Shown: positions 1 to 10,632 of the stretch, piece by piece
Layout of the letters: every line of letters starts with the position of its first letter
How positions within the stretch are numbered: the stretch's first letter is position 1
Source: an uncultured delta proteobacterium
GTDB taxonomy: Bacteria; Desulfobacterota; Binatia; UBA9968
Assembly: GCA_963816145.1 (NCBI GenBank)
Contig: CAWFJP010000003.1
Location: forward strand, 32,001-96,000
Length of the DNA: 64,000 bases
Direction of reading: 5' to 3'
Translations under genes and position numbers: made by a program
The notes under the pieces: generated by a model
The model's database searches: none
Seen by the model: the letters and a program-made list of their open reading frames with translations, nothing else
What the model was told of the DNA's origin: nothing

Positions 1-2
1 CT

Positions 3-3000
3 TCGAGGCGACTCGATTCACGGAACGAGACTGGAGAAACCGATATGGCGGGAGCCTCCATGGTGTCGAATACTACGTCCGACCACCAAGAAGAAATCAG
101 GTCGAAGCTTCGAAGGCTCTTTGCTGATCTCTCCGGCATTGAGGGCGCCAAACTGGACGTCTCTGCCAACTTTATGGAACTGGGATTTGATTCGCTATTT
201 TTAACTCAAGTCGCTACGGCAGTACAAAAAGCGTTCGGTCTCAAGGTGTCGTTTCGACAGCTCATCGAAGAACACTCGACTATTGAATCTCTAACGGATT
301 ATCTTGCTCGGATGACGGCGCCCGATCATTCGGCCGGGGACCGCTTAAGTCAGGCCGCCGTATCTCAGGGCGAGTTTAAGGAAGTTGCAGCTGGCGAATC
401 AGTTCCCCCGACTTTGGGATTGCCGAAACGCTTAGAACCCCTGACATTAAGTTCCGAAACGATGGAACGAATTGTGAGCAAGCAGTTAGAGATCATGTCA
501 CGACAACTCGAACTGCTCCGAAATGGGTCTGTGGTCCCATCCTCAGTAACTGCGGTAACGGCGGATCAAAAGGGCCACACCAGTCGGCATTCGAAAATTC
601 TGAGCACATTTCCTGCCGCAAACGCGACAAGCCTCGGGGAAAAAACTACTCTCGAAGTCGAAGGGAGCGACGCCTCTGCGTTTGGACCTTATAAAGCGAT
701 CGAAAAGGGTTCTCAGGAAAACTTGACACGAGAGCAGCGGAAACACCTCGATGAGCTACTCGATAGATATGGAAAACGCACGAAGGCATCGAAGCGTTAC
801 ACCGAAGCCCATCGCCCTCATCTCGCCGACCCGAGATCGGTTACGGGATTCCGTTTGTTGTGGAAGGAGACGACGTACCCGATAGTCGTTTCGCGCTCCT
901 CGGGTTGCAGACTCTGGGATATCGACGGCAATCAATACGTCGACCTCGTCAGCGGGTTTGGCTCAAGCCTTTTTGGGTACGCTCCTCGGTTCATTAAAGA
1001 CGCCATCGCGGCCCAACTGGAGGCGGGGATTGAGATTGGTCCGCAGTCGCCGCTCGCAGGTGAGGTGGCCAATCTGATCTGCGAGTTAACGGGGATGGAG
1101 CGGACGGCATTCTGTAATACGGGGTCCGAGGCCGTGATGGCGGCGCTCAGGGTAGCCCGAACGGTCACAGGACGTGACAAAATCGCGCTGTTCTCCGGAT
1201 CCTATCACGGGATATTTGATGAAGTACTGGTGCGACCCACGCGAATCAATGGGGTTGCCAAACCAATACCGGTTGCGCCTGGAATCGCTGGAAACATGTT
1301 GGAGAACGTCATCGTGCTCGAGTACGACAGCGGGCGATCCCTGGAGCTTTTACGAGAAACTTCCCAGGATCTGGCGGCTGTGCTGGTAGAACCGGTGCAA
1401 AGTCGTAGGCCCGAGCTGCAACCGAAGCAATTTCTGCATGACCTTCGTGAATTGACCGCTGCTTCGGGAACCGCGCTTATATTTGACGAAATGGTCACTG
1501 GATTCCGCAGCTGCCCCGGGGGGGCGCAGGCGCTGTTCGGTGTCAAAGCTGATTTGGCGACCTACGGTAAAGTCGTGGGCGGTGGTTTGCCGATCGGAAT
1601 CGTCGCTGGTCAAGGCCGCTTCATGGATGCGCTAGACGGTGGAAAGTGGAGTTATGGCGACGATTCACTTCCGGAAATCGGTGTGACGTTCTTTGCTGGA
1701 ACTTTTGTACGGCATCCGTTGGCGTTGGCGGCTGCGAAGGCTGTTCTTCGCCACCTCAAAGATACGGGCCCGAGCCTGCAATCCCGGCTAAACGATAGAA
1801 CGGCGGATTTTGTTGCGACTTTGAATGCTTATGCGAAGCAAGTGGACGCGCCAATTCATCTCACGCATTTTAGCTCATGGTTCTGCATCAACTTATCCCA
1901 TGAGTTGCCGATGTCGAGCTTATTTTTCATCTACATGAGAGAGAAGGGAGTTCATGTCTGGGAAGGTCGGCCCTGCTTCCTTACCACCGCACATACAATC
2001 GCGGATCTGGAACTGGTCGGCAAGGCATTCCAGCAGAGCATTGCGGAGATGCAAGAAGCCGGTTTCTTTCCTTCGCGAGTCCGCGTTACGGACGGAAAGG
2101 GACAAGCCCGCCCAGAGCAAGTTAATTGCGGATCAAGCCTGCCCTCGACCGAAGCCCAACGCGAACTTTGGCTGGCCGCACAGATGGGCGAGGATGCCTC
2201 ACGTGCCTTTGTCGATACTCTCCGAATCCACATGCGCGGCCTGTTTCAAACGGCGTCTATGGTTGAAGCCATTCAAGAGCTTGTCGCACGGCACGATTCT
2301 CTACGGAGCACGTTTAGCGAAGATGGAGAAGAACTACGCGTAGCAGCGAGCCTGAAGCTCGATGTATCTGTTAGCGACCTTTCAGGTCTTGAAGAGACTG
2401 AGAGCGGTACACAGTTGGCAGAGATAGCAGCTAAGCAGAGTCGAGCACCTTTCAATCTCAGTCGAGATCCTCTTCTTCGCGCCCACATCGTCAAAATGAA
2501 TGAGCAGCACCACGTGTTGGTGCTTACAACGCACCATATCGCGGTCGACGGATGGTCTATGGGAGTCTTGCTGTCCGAGCTCGGAGCCATTTATTCGGCA
2601 CACTGTAGAAACGAGGCGGTCGGGCTCCCAAGCTCGTCTCAATTCGTCAACTACGCGCGGTGGGAAAAAAGCCAGCGAGAAAGAGGCGAGACTTCAGAGA
2701 GCGAAACCTACTGGCTGACGCAGTTCAAAGATTTAGCTCCGGTGCTCGATCTGCCAACCGATAGACCACGTCTCGCGGTTAAGACGTACGCCGGAGCTAG
2801 GGAGCGAGTCGTAATACCGACATCCCTTTGCCGAGACCTCAGGCGAATTGCCGCTAGAAAGGGAGCTACGTTGTTTGCGACGCTGCTCGCTGGCTTCTAT
2901 GTATTATTACAGCGCCTGACGGGCCAGCATGACATCGTCGTCGGAATTCCCGCGGCTGGCCAGCTGGCCTTTGATGCCCGAGATCTTGTGGGTCACTGCG

Positions 3001-5357
3001 TGAATTTTCTACCGCTACGCAGTCGAATTGATGAGAGCGCGTCTTTCTCGAATTACCTCGCCTCGATTAGAAGCCTCCTCCTAGATGGCTACGAGCATCA
3101 AAATTACACTTATGGAAGCTTGATACAAAAGCTAAATATTCTCAGAGACGCCAGCCACTCACCGCTTGTGTCAGTAAGTTTCAATCTCGACAAGGACGGA
3201 AGTGCCCCCGACTTTGCCGATCTGGACGTTGAAGTTTCGAATCAGCCGAAGACCGCCATCAACTTCGACTGCGAGATCAACGTCCTGGAGGCGGGCGACG
3301 AACTCAGAGTGTCATGGGATTACAATACCGATCTCTTTGATACAGATACCATCCGTCGCTGGCTACATCACTACCGTTGGTTGCTTGAAACGGTTGTTAC
3401 TAACCCTGATCAGCGCATTTCAGAACTACCGATGCTCACCGAAGCCGAGCGGCATCAGCTACTCGTTGCGTGGAACGACACTCGGAGAGAGTACCCGAAA
3501 GATAAGTGTGTCCATCACCTTGTTGAAGCACAGGAAGAAAAAACTCCTCACGCCGTCGCGGCAGTATTTGATGATCAGAACCTCACGTACCGAGATCTCA
3601 ATGCCAGAGCGAATCAGCTGGCGCACTATCTTATAAAATTAGGAGTGGGGCCGGAGACTCTCGTTGGGATTTGCATGGAGAGATCCTTGGACATGGTCGT
3701 GGGTCTGCTCGGTATTCTCAAGGCCGGAGGAGCCTATGTACCTCTCGATGCGGCTTATCCCAAAGAGCGCCTTGAGTATATGCTCCAAGAGGGCCGAGTC
3801 CAGATCCTTTTAACCCAACAACGGTTACTATCGATACTCCCTAGCGATCACGGAGCACAACTCCTGTGTCTCGATACAGATTGGGCACTAGTTGCTGAAC
3901 AGGTAGATAGCAATCCGGACAACACTACCACACCTGAAAATGTCGCGTATGTCATCTACACCTCCGGGTCCACAGGCAAACCCAAGGGCGTGAAGATTTC
4001 ACACAATGCTGTGGTGAATTTCTTGAGCGCCATGCAACGGGAGACCGGGATTGCGGCCAATGACACGCTGCTGGCAATCACCACGCTATCGTTCGATATC
4101 GCTGGGCTAGAGCTTTATTTGCCAATTACTGTAGGCGCACGCGTCGTGCTCGTTTCCCGGGAGGTCGCCTGGGATGGGGTTCTGCTGGCCGAGCACTTAG
4201 CGAAATCCGGCGCCACGATGATGCAGGCTACTCCCACCACTTGGCGGATGCTGATTGAGGATGGATGGCGTGGCGGCAGTCACTTGAAGATCTTGTGTGG
4301 AGGAGAGACTCTAACTCCCGATCTCGCCACCCAGTTACTGACAAGAAGCTCTACGCTATGGAATGTGTATGGACCTACCGAGACCACCATCTGGTCCTCG
4401 ATCTTTAGAATCGAAGCACCCAATGGACTCATTCCCATTGGTCGGCCAATTGCCAACACCCAAATGTATATTTTGGATCGCTATCAGCAGCCACTCCCCA
4501 TCGGCGTTCCGGGAGAGCTGTACATTGGCGGGGCCGGTTTAGCACGGGGCTACTTGAACCGTCCCGACCTGACGGATGAATACTTCATCGCCAATCCCTT
4601 CAGCAACGATCCTGAGAGCCGGCTTTACAAGACCGGGGATCTGGCCCGTTACTTGCCCGATGGCAACATACTGTTCCTCGGCCGAATCGACAATCAGGTC
4701 AAGATTCGCGGTTATCGCATCGAGCTCGGCGAGATCGAATCCGTACTCGCTCAACATCCCGCCATCCAACAAGCGGTTGTGCTTGCAAGAGAAGACATTC
4801 CGGGTGACCGTCGCCTAGTGGCCTATACCGTGACTACTGATGGCTCTGCGCCGTCGGCTCACGACCTGCGCAGCTTTGTCCAGCTCAAGCTGCCCGACTA
4901 CATGGTGCCGTCCGCTTACGTGTTCCTAGACTCGCTGCCGCTAACTCCCAACGGCAAGCTTGACCGAAAGGTGCTGCCGGTTCCCGATCACAGCAGACCC
5001 GAGCTAGACGATGCCTTTGCCGCCCCAGGAACTCCCGTTGAGAAGATTCTCGCTAACATTTGGGCCGAAATCCTCAAGCTCGACAAGGTCGGTATCCGCG
5101 ACAACTTCTTCGAGCTGGGTGGACATTCGTTACTCGCCACGCAAGTTGTATCGCGAATCCGCAGTGCTTTCTCTATTGAATTCCCATTGCGTCAGCTTTT
5201 TGAGTCTCCAACGGTGGCCGAAATGGCGATTATTATCACCTCAGACCAAGCGAAGCGAGCAGGTGAAGCTGCGTTAGAGCAGATGCTCCGCGAGGTGGAG
5301 GGGATGAAGGACGAAGAGGCACGGAAACAGACTACCGAATCACGCATGCGAAACTGA
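3..5357 (+). CDS. Hybrid PKS-NRPS, 3' part (ACP - class III aminotransferase - condensation - adenylation - PCP); probably 5'-truncated by the window edge
   Basis: ACP motif LGFDSL; aminotransferase motifs NTGSEA, DEMVTGFR, TYGKVVGGG; C domain HHIAVDG; A domain YTSGSTGKPKG, NVYGPTE, YKTGD, NGKLDR; PCP LGGHSL. The frame is open from position 3 to the ATG at 45, so the gene may start upstream of the window. Confidence 0.93.
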   Translation, partial: SRRLDSRNETGETDMAGASMVSNTTSDHQEEIRSKLRRLFADLSGIEGAKLDVSANFMELGFDSLFLTQVATAVQKAFGLKVSFRQLIEEHSTIESLTDYLARMTAPDHSAGDRLSQAAVSQGEFKEVAAGESVPPTLGLPKRLEPLTLSSETMERIVSKQLEIMSRQLELLRNGSVVPSSVTAVTADQKGHTSRHSKILSTFPAANATSLGEKTTLEVEGSDASAFGPYKAIEKGSQENLTREQRKHLDELLDRYGKRTKASKRYTEAHRPHLADPRSVTGFRLLWKETTYPIVVSRSSGCRLWDIDGNQYVDLVSGFGSSLFGYAPRFIKDAIAAQLEAGIEIGPQSPLAGEVANLICELTGMERTAFCNTGSEAVMAALRVARTVTGRDKIALFSGSYHGIFDEVLVRPTRINGVAKPIPVAPGIAGNMLENVIVLEYDSGRSLELLRETSQDLAAVLVEPVQSRRPELQPKQFLHDLRELTAASGTALIFDEMVTGFRSCPGGAQALFGVKADLATYGKVVGGGLPIGIVAGQGRFMDALDGGKWSYGDDSLPEIGVTFFAGTFVRHPLALAAAKAVLRHLKDTGPSLQSRLNDRTADFVATLNAYAKQVDAPIHLTHFSSWFCINLSHELPMSSLFFIYMREKGVHVWEGRPCFLTTAHTIADLELVGKAFQQSIAEMQEAGFFPSRVRVTDGKGQARPEQVNCGSSLPSTEAQRELWLAAQMGEDASRAFVDTLRIHMRGLFQTASMVEAIQELVARHDSLRSTFSEDGEELRVAASLKLDVSVSDLSGLEETESGTQLAEIAAKQSRAPFNLSRDPLLRAHIVKMNEQHHVLVLTTHHIAVDGWSMGVLLSELGAIYSAHCRNEAVGLPSSSQFVNYARWEKSQRERGETSESETYWLTQFKDLAPVLDLPTDRPRLAVKTYAGARERVVIPTSLCRDLRRIAARKGATLFATLLAGFYVLLQRLTGQHDIVVGIPAAGQLAFDARDLVGHCVNFLPLRSRIDESASFSNYLASIRSLLLDGYEHQNYTYGSLIQKLNILRDASHSPLVSVSFNLDKDGSAPDFADLDVEVSNQPKTAINFDCEINVLEAGDELRVSWDYNTDLFDTDTIRRWLHHYRWLLETVVTNPDQRISELPMLTEAERHQLLVAWNDTRREYPKDKCVHHLVEAQEEKTPHAVAAVFDDQNLTYRDLNARANQLAHYLIKLGVGPETLVGICMERSLDMVVGLLGILKAGGAYVPLDAAYPKERLEYMLQEGRVQILLTQQRLLSILPSDHGAQLLCLDTDWALVAEQVDSNPDNTTTPENVAYVIYTSGSTGKPKGVKISHNAVVNFLSAMQRETGIAANDTLLAITTLSFDIAGLELYLPITVGARVVLVSREVAWDGVLLAEHLAKSGATMMQATPTTWRMLIEDGWRGGSHLKILCGGETLTPDLATQLLTRSSTLWNVYGPTETTIWSSIFRIEAPNGLIPIGRPIANTQMYILDRYQQPLPIGVPGELYIGGAGLARGYLNRPDLTDEYFIANPFSNDPESRLYKTGDLARYLPDGNILFLGRIDNQVKIRGYRIELGEIESVLAQHPAIQQAVVLAREDIPGDRRLVAYTVTTDGSAPSAHDLRSFVQLKLPDYMVPSAYVFLDSLPLTPNGKLDRKVLPVPDHSRPELDDAFAAPGTPVEKILANIWAEILKLDKVGIRDNFFELGGHSLLATQVVSRIRSAFSIEFPLRQLFESPTVAEMAIIITSDQAKRAGEAALEQMLREVEGMKDEEARKQTTESRMRN

Positions 5358-5364
5358 AGTGGCG

Positions 5365-5600
5365 TTGAAAATAAACCATTCGCTTAAGCAAAGCGGAACA
5401 TTAACGCCGGAGCGGAAGGCGAAACGGCTGATTGCTCTCATCCAATAGGGACGTTCGTCGATTCTTCGATTGAAGATGTCGATTATCCATCCCGGGCGGT
5501 TTGAAGCAATTGCGTGGATGTATCCCGAACGGTTTGCGGTTAAGATACGAGATCGAGCTTTTGCCTATGACGAGCTGAACAAAGGCGTAAACTCCCGCGG
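5365..5600 (+). pseudogene. Decayed N-terminus of an adenylation-domain (NRPS-like) gene
   Basis: Three frames give LTPERKAK / CSHPIGTFVDSSIEDVD / RFEAIAWMYPERFAVKIRDRAFAYDELNK. These match the N-terminus of the intact 44840..46849 protein (LPLEQRKLHAKCFHRTG...RFEQIVERYPDRIAVK...YAELN). Similarity stops near 5600. Confidence 0.7.
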
Positions 5601-6208
5601 ATACCTAAGCGGTGATTCGACTGACGTATCGGCACCCCGGGCAGGGCTTGATCGTTATTACGTTCCGCCTTCTTCAATATTCCTCATCGTAAGCGCAAGT
5701 TCAGTTAATAATTACTCGTCTATTTTCAATAAACCGAAAGCGGCATCACAGACTTACGGGTTCTTGCAGTTTGCTTTCGAGAGATACACGGTTTGGTTAT
5801 CCTAACACGTTTTTTTGGGTCGCCGAATTCGACGTCAATGTCCATCTCGGGCATGGATGAAATCGCTCCCTTCAGACGAAGAGTAAATTTACCATGTAAA
5901 CTCGACCGGCATTCAACTTTCGGCGGGGCGAAATCGGCAGAACCTGGTTTCCCGCGTTCGCGGCAACCACAGTGAAGTGAAAATTTACTTCCATTGGCAG
6001 TAAATTTACGATGCGCCTGAGTCCGCCTGTTTTGGGACTCCGCAACGGGTCTGCACATCTGCAATGCTTTCAACTAGGGCAGGCTCGCGGCGGTAGACGA
6101 TACCCGGCTAGAATCGGGCAAAAAGCGGCCTGCATTGCGCATGGCTAACCGCAGAGTTAGAGTCCATGACATCGATGTCATAGGGTTATTACCGGGACGG
6201 AGGGTTTC

Positions 6209-8047
6209 TTGAGTTTAACATTAAAACAAGTGGCGATTGGGCTGGGCGTGGCGCTCGTGTGTTTTACGATTTTTACCGTTTTTAACAAACAATACCGACA
6301 CGAAACCGAGGTTATCTTTAGCGATTTTATCGCCGCGGTGGAACGCGGCGACGTCGGCGAGGTGGTGATCGAAGGCCATCAGGTTCAGGGCCAATACAAG
6401 AGCGGGGAGCAGTTTAAAACTTTTACCCCCGATGATCCGCAACTGGTGAAATCGTTGCGCGCTATGAACGTGAAAGTCGCCGCAAGAGCCGAAGGTGCCT
6501 CGCCGTGGTACGTGACGCTATTAGTTTCCTGGTTTCCGATACTGCTGCTGATCGGCGTGTGGATATTTTTTATGCGCCAGATGAAGCTGGGCGGCGGCAA
6601 GGCGATGTCCTTTGGCAAGAGCCGGGCAAAACTACTTACGGAGAATCAACATCGCATCACCTTTAGCGATGTCGCCGGTGTCGACGAGGCCAAAGATGAC
6701 CTGCAAGAGATCATTCAATTCTTAAAAGATCCGAAAAAATTCACCAAACTTGGCGGCAGAATACCCAAAGGCTGTTTGCTCGTCGGCGCTCCGGGAACCG
6801 GCAAGACTCTGTTGGCGCGCGCGATCGCTGGCGAAGCCGGCGTGCCGTTCTTCAGCATTAGCGGTTCCGATTTCGTCGAAATGTTTGTCGGCGTCGGCGC
6901 GTCGCGGGTTCGCGATCTATTCGTGCAGGGGAAAAAGAAAGCGCCATGTATCATCTTTATTGACGAAATCGACGCCGTCGGGCGCCACCGCGGCGCGGGC
7001 TTCGGCGGCGGCAACGACGAGCGTGAGCAGACGTTGAATCAGCTGCTGGTGGAAATGGATGGCTTCGAGTCCAACGAAGGGGTCATTTTGATCGCAGCAA
7101 CCAACCGGCCCGACGTATTGGATCCGGCGTTGCTCCGGCCGGGGCGGTTCGATCGCCATGTGGTTGTGCCGCGACCGGACATCAAAGGGCGGGAGGGTAT
7201 CTTGCAGGTACACTCCCGCAAGGTTCCCTTGGCAGCGGACGTCGATGTCAACCGATTGGCGCGATCGACGCCTGGGCTCACCGGCGCGGACTTGGAGAAT
7301 CTCGTCAACGAAGCCGCTTTGCTGGCAGCTCGCAATGACCAGGAAAAAGTCAATATGATCGACTTGGAGCTGGCCAAGGACAAGGTCATGATGGGTGCTG
7401 AGCGGCGCAGCATGATCATCAGCGACGAAGAAAAACGCACGACCGCCTATCATGAGGCCGGACATGCCTTGGTGGCCAAGCTCCTGCCGGGCACTGATCC
7501 TGTCCACAAAGTGACGATCATCCCGCGCGGCATTGCTCTAGGTCTGACGCAACAATTGCCGGAAGACGATAAGTATACCTACGCCGCTCAATATCTGCTC
7601 AATAATCTGGTCATCCTATTCGGCGGCCGGGTCGCCGAAGAGCTGGTGTTCAAGCAGGTCACCACGGGCGCAGGCAATGACATTGAAAAGGCCACCGACC
7701 TGGCGCGCCGGATGGTATGCGAGTGGGGTATGAGCGAAAAATTAGGGCCAATGACCTTCGGCAAGAAAGACGGGGAGATTTTTCTCGGCAGAGAGTTTAC
7801 CCAAAAAGAAGGCTATTCCAAAAACACCGCCATTGAGATCGACGCTGAGATCCGGCGCATCATTCAGGAGAGCTACCAGCGGGCACAGGACCTATTGAAG
7901 ACTAATCTCGGTCTGCTCCACAAGATTGCCCAGAAGTTACTCGAAAAGGAAGTTCTCGACGGTTCGGAGATCGACGCCATCGTCAAAGCCTTTGGCGCTA
8001 TCGCTATCGATCGGTTCGCATCTGCGAGCGTGGCGGCAACGGCTTAA
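6209..8047 (+). CDS. ftsH: ATP-dependent zinc metalloprotease FtsH
   Basis: Two N-terminal TM helices, Walker A GAPGTGKT, Walker [12 protein letters not shown] motif [19 protein letters not shown], zinc motif HEAGH; GGAGG RBS before a TTG start. Confidence 0.97.
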   Translation: MSLTLKQVAIGLGVALVCFTIFTVFNKQYRHETEVIFSDFIAAVERGDVGEVVIEGHQVQGQYKSGEQFKTFTPDDPQLVKSLRAMNVKVAARAEGASPWYVTLLVSWFPILLLIGVWIFFMRQMKLGGGKAMSFGKSRAKLLTENQHRITFSDVAGVDEAKDDLQEIIQFLKDPKKFTKLGGRIPKGCLLVGAPGTGKTLLARAIAGEAGVPFFSISGSDFVEMFVGVGASRVRDLFVQGKKKAPCIIFIDEIDAVGRHRGAGFGGGNDEREQTLNQLLVEMDGFESNEGVILIAATNRPDVLDPALLRPGRFDRHVVVPRPDIKGREGILQVHSRKVPLAADVDVNRLARSTPGLTGADLENLVNEAALLAARNDQEKVNMIDLELAKDKVMMGAERRSMIISDEEKRTTAYHEAGHALVAKLLPGTDPVHKVTIIPRGIALGLTQQLPEDDKYTYAAQYLLNNLVILFGGRVAEELVFKQVTTGAGNDIEKATDLARRMVCEWGMSEKLGPMTFGKKDGEIFLGREFTQKEGYSKNTAIEIDAEIRRIIQESYQRAQDLLKTNLGLLHKIAQKLLEKEVLDGSEIDAIVKAFGAIAIDRFASASVAATA

Positions 8048-8100
8048 AGTCGCTAAAGCGAGGTGCTGGCGTCCTTACCTGAGATCACCAAGTCGAAATC

Positions 8101-8282
8101 CGTCATTCCCGCATGTGTTAGGCGGGAATTTAGACGAATCCGGAACTGGATGCTCGCCCCCATCAATGTTACTCGGGGCGTGCTTCAGCCGGAGAGAAGT
8201 TACGTCAATAGCGTCCGTGCGGGTATCATGCGGGCAGGAAGGAAAACACCCTGCCTGGATCCCTGCTTTCGCGACAAAGACG
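8101..8282. repeat. Degenerate CGTCAT-type REP-like palindromic element(s)
   Basis: CGTCATTCCCGC...GCGGGAAT hairpin at 8101-8129 and a decayed TGGATCCCTGCTTTCGCG...GACG end; same style as the elements at 49896 and 54548. Confidence 0.5.
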
Positions 8283-8346
8283 AAAAAGCGCAAGCTGACC
8301 TGGAGTCGACGCACTCAGAATCCCTCGGCTGATAGCCTGGGGATGA

Positions 8347-9978
8347 CTACTGCATCACCTGATCTAGTATCACATCGGCATTCTTCGCCCTCCCCACCTC
8401 CGCTGGATTCTTCTTGTATTCGCCGCTGAGATCGCCGGCGTCGCGGGTGGTGGGATTGCCGTCTTTGTCTAGGCGGACAGTGATATTAATCTTGCCGCTG
8501 AAAGGCGTGCCTTGCATCATGACGTTTTCTTGACTGAGGGAGTAGCTCAGCGGGAACTTCGGCTTGTCTATTTTCTTGACGGCAAGCGGCGGGCCGCCGG
8601 CGCCGCCGGCGGGACGGGCGATGATAAATAATGCGGCGTTGGGGTCGATGTTCGATTTTAATTTGGCATCGATGGTGATGGTGCCGGAAACGGTTTGGCC
8701 GGATGTTGCCGCGGTTGCCGGTTGCGCTGCTGCAACTGCGCCGCCGGATGCAGGAATTTCGGCCAGCACTTTGGCGATTTCATTGCGCTCGTCGCCCGGC
8801 GGCACCATCGCCAAGAGCCTTTCGAAAATCGCCCGGGCGCCGGCGAAATCTTTTTTGTCCTGGTAGAGCACCATGCCTTTGCCCCATAGCGCCATGGGAA
8901 AGTTGGGCGCCCGCGACAGGGCTTTTTCGAAGGCCATCAGTGCGCCGTCGCCGTGGCCGGCCTGCATGAGAATAAATCCCATGTAGCTATGCGCTTCGGG
9001 ATTTGTTGCATCGGCGGCCAGGACTTTTTTGAACGCCTCGATCGCTTTGGGATACTCCTGACGCTCAAACGCTTGCTTGCCGTCGGCTAAAGCTGCGCCA
9101 GCCTCACCGCTGACTGGGCTCGTGCCGGTCATGAAGCCGCCGGTCATGGTATCGCCTTCGCCCTGGCGCGGCCGGATCGATTGGGTCAGCATGACGCCCA
9201 GGGTGAGACCGAAAAGCATGAGAAAAATTCCACCGGTGATCAGTTGCCAGCGCTTGAAGCGGCTGTGCGCGGCGAGATCCTGCGGCTGTTTGTTTTTTTT
9301 CTCCTGCGGCTTGACTTTGGTTTCGGCGGGCAGGGAAGAAAGTTGCTGTAGGACCGGCCCGCCTTTGGTTTCGATATCCCGCTTCAACGCCGCGTAGTCC
9401 GAGTCCGACAGCTTGCCCGACTGAAAATCGAACTCTAATTCGTTCAACTCGTCGCGCAAACGGCCGCGCTCGCGCAGCAGTTGGGCGCGCTGCGTCTCAT
9501 CTTCGATATCCGGTAATTGGAAATCTTCGCGCAGCACATCGCCCTGGGCTTGGCTCTCGGCGGCGCTTGCTTGCGGGAGAGTGTCGGACCGGCGCTTTTT
9601 CGCGGTCCAGCGGCGGATAAAGCAGAGCGCCGCAACCACACCGATGCCGAGCGCGACGTAGGGCAAAATCCACAAGAGCGCGCTGAAGCCGGTGGTCTTG
9701 GGACGGAGCAAGACCCACTCGCCGTATTTCGAAACGAAGAACTCTTTGATCTCGTCGCTGCTCTTGCCGGCTTGCACCTGTTCGCGGACGATTGCGCGCA
9801 TCTGCTGCGCCATCTCCGATGGCGAGTCGGCGACCGAGAGATTTTGACAGACTACACAGCGCAACTCGGTGGCGATCTCGCGGGTGCGGTCGTCGATGTC
9901 GGCGGGAGCCGCGGCGTAAAGCGAGGCAGTGGCGAGAAACAAAAGAGCGCCGACAAATGATAATTTGCAGTAGCGCAT
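8347..9978 (-). CDS. ccmH: Cytochrome c maturation protein CcmH fused to CycH/CcmI-like TPR and C-terminal beta domains
   Basis: LRCVVCQN motif, YGEWVLLRP, ELEFDFQSGKLS segment, TPR repeats and C-terminal PPLAVK...RLDKDGNP; last gene of the ccm operon. Confidence 0.88.
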   Translation of the reverse strand: MRYCKLSFVGALLFLATASLYAAAPADIDDRTREIATELRCVVCQNLSVADSPSEMAQQMRAIVREQVQAGKSSDEIKEFFVSKYGEWVLLRPKTTGFSALLWILPYVALGIGVVAALCFIRRWTAKKRRSDTLPQASAAESQAQGDVLREDFQLPDIEDETQRAQLLRERGRLRDELNELEFDFQSGKLSDSDYAALKRDIETKGGPVLQQLSSLPAETKVKPQEKKNKQPQDLAAHSRFKRWQLITGGIFLMLFGLTLGVMLTQSIRPRQGEGDTMTGGFMTGTSPVSGEAGAALADGKQAFERQEYPKAIEAFKKVLAADATNPEAHSYMGFILMQAGHGDGALMAFEKALSRAPNFPMALWGKGMVLYQDKKDFAGARAIFERLLAMVPPGDERNEIAKVLAEIPASGGAVAAAQPATAATSGQTVSGTITIDAKLKSNIDPNAALFIIARPAGGAGGPPLAVKKIDKPKFPLSYSLSQENVMMQGTPFSGKINITVRLDKDGNPTTRDAGDLSGEYKKNPAEVGRAKNADVILDQVMQ

Positions 9979-9983
9979 CGCCG

Positions 9984-10550
9984 TCAGCGCACTCCCTGAT
10001 AATCGCCCCGCCCTTCTTGGGCGCTGGCGATGCCTTTGGCGGCTTCCTCGATCTTGGTCAATACCAATGAGGCGCGGATGCCGCCGACATGCTTGTATGT
10101 AATGCGCCCCTGCGGGTCGATGAAAAAACTCTCGGGGATGCCCCAGGTGCCATAGTCGACGCCGATCTTGCCGGATTCATCCCGGCCGTTGGGATACGTG
10201 ATGTTGAATTCCTGCAAAAACCCTTTGGCGTTGTCGTCGAGATCTTGCAGCGCGACGCCGAGAAAGATCATGTTCTTGTCTTTGACCTTTTGCCAGGCGG
10301 TTTCAAGATCCTTGGCTTCAGCGCGGCAGGGCTCGCACCAGGATGCCCAAAAATTTAAAAACACCGCCTTGCCGCGTAAATCCTCCAACGTAACTTTCTT
10401 GCCGTCGTAAAGCGTGACGGTAAACGCCGTCGCCGGCTTGGCCAAGAGGGGTGACTTGATGTATTTAGCATCGCGGGTGAAACCCCAAGCCAGGAGCGCC
10501 AGGATAGGCCCAATGACGAGCAGAGTGATGATTAAGCGGCGGACCGGCAT
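9984..10550 (-). CDS. ccmG: Thiol:disulfide oxidoreductase CcmG/TlpA family
   Basis: N-terminal TM, NFWASWCEPC, YGTWGIPESFFID; lies between ccmF and ccmH. Start placed at ATG 10550. Confidence 0.88.
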   Translation of the reverse strand: MPVRRLIITLLVIGPILALLAWGFTRDAKYIKSPLLAKPATAFTVTLYDGKKVTLEDLRGKAVFLNFWASWCEPCRAEAKDLETAWQKVKDKNMIFLGVALQDLDDNAKGFLQEFNITYPNGRDESGKIGVDYGTWGIPESFFIDPQGRITYKHVGGIRASLVLTKIEEAAKGIASAQEGRGDYQGVR

Positions 10551-10632
10551 CAGGCGCCCTCGCCGAGAATCGAGAATGGACAATAGAGAATGAATAAAGT
10601 ACGAATGATTTTCGATATTGGCCGGTTCATTG

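Noticed and set aside
5726-6073. Minus-strand ORF upstream of ftsH (MPEMDIDVEFGDPKK...)
   Set aside because: No recognisable motif. It may be a decayed fragment but cannot be supported.
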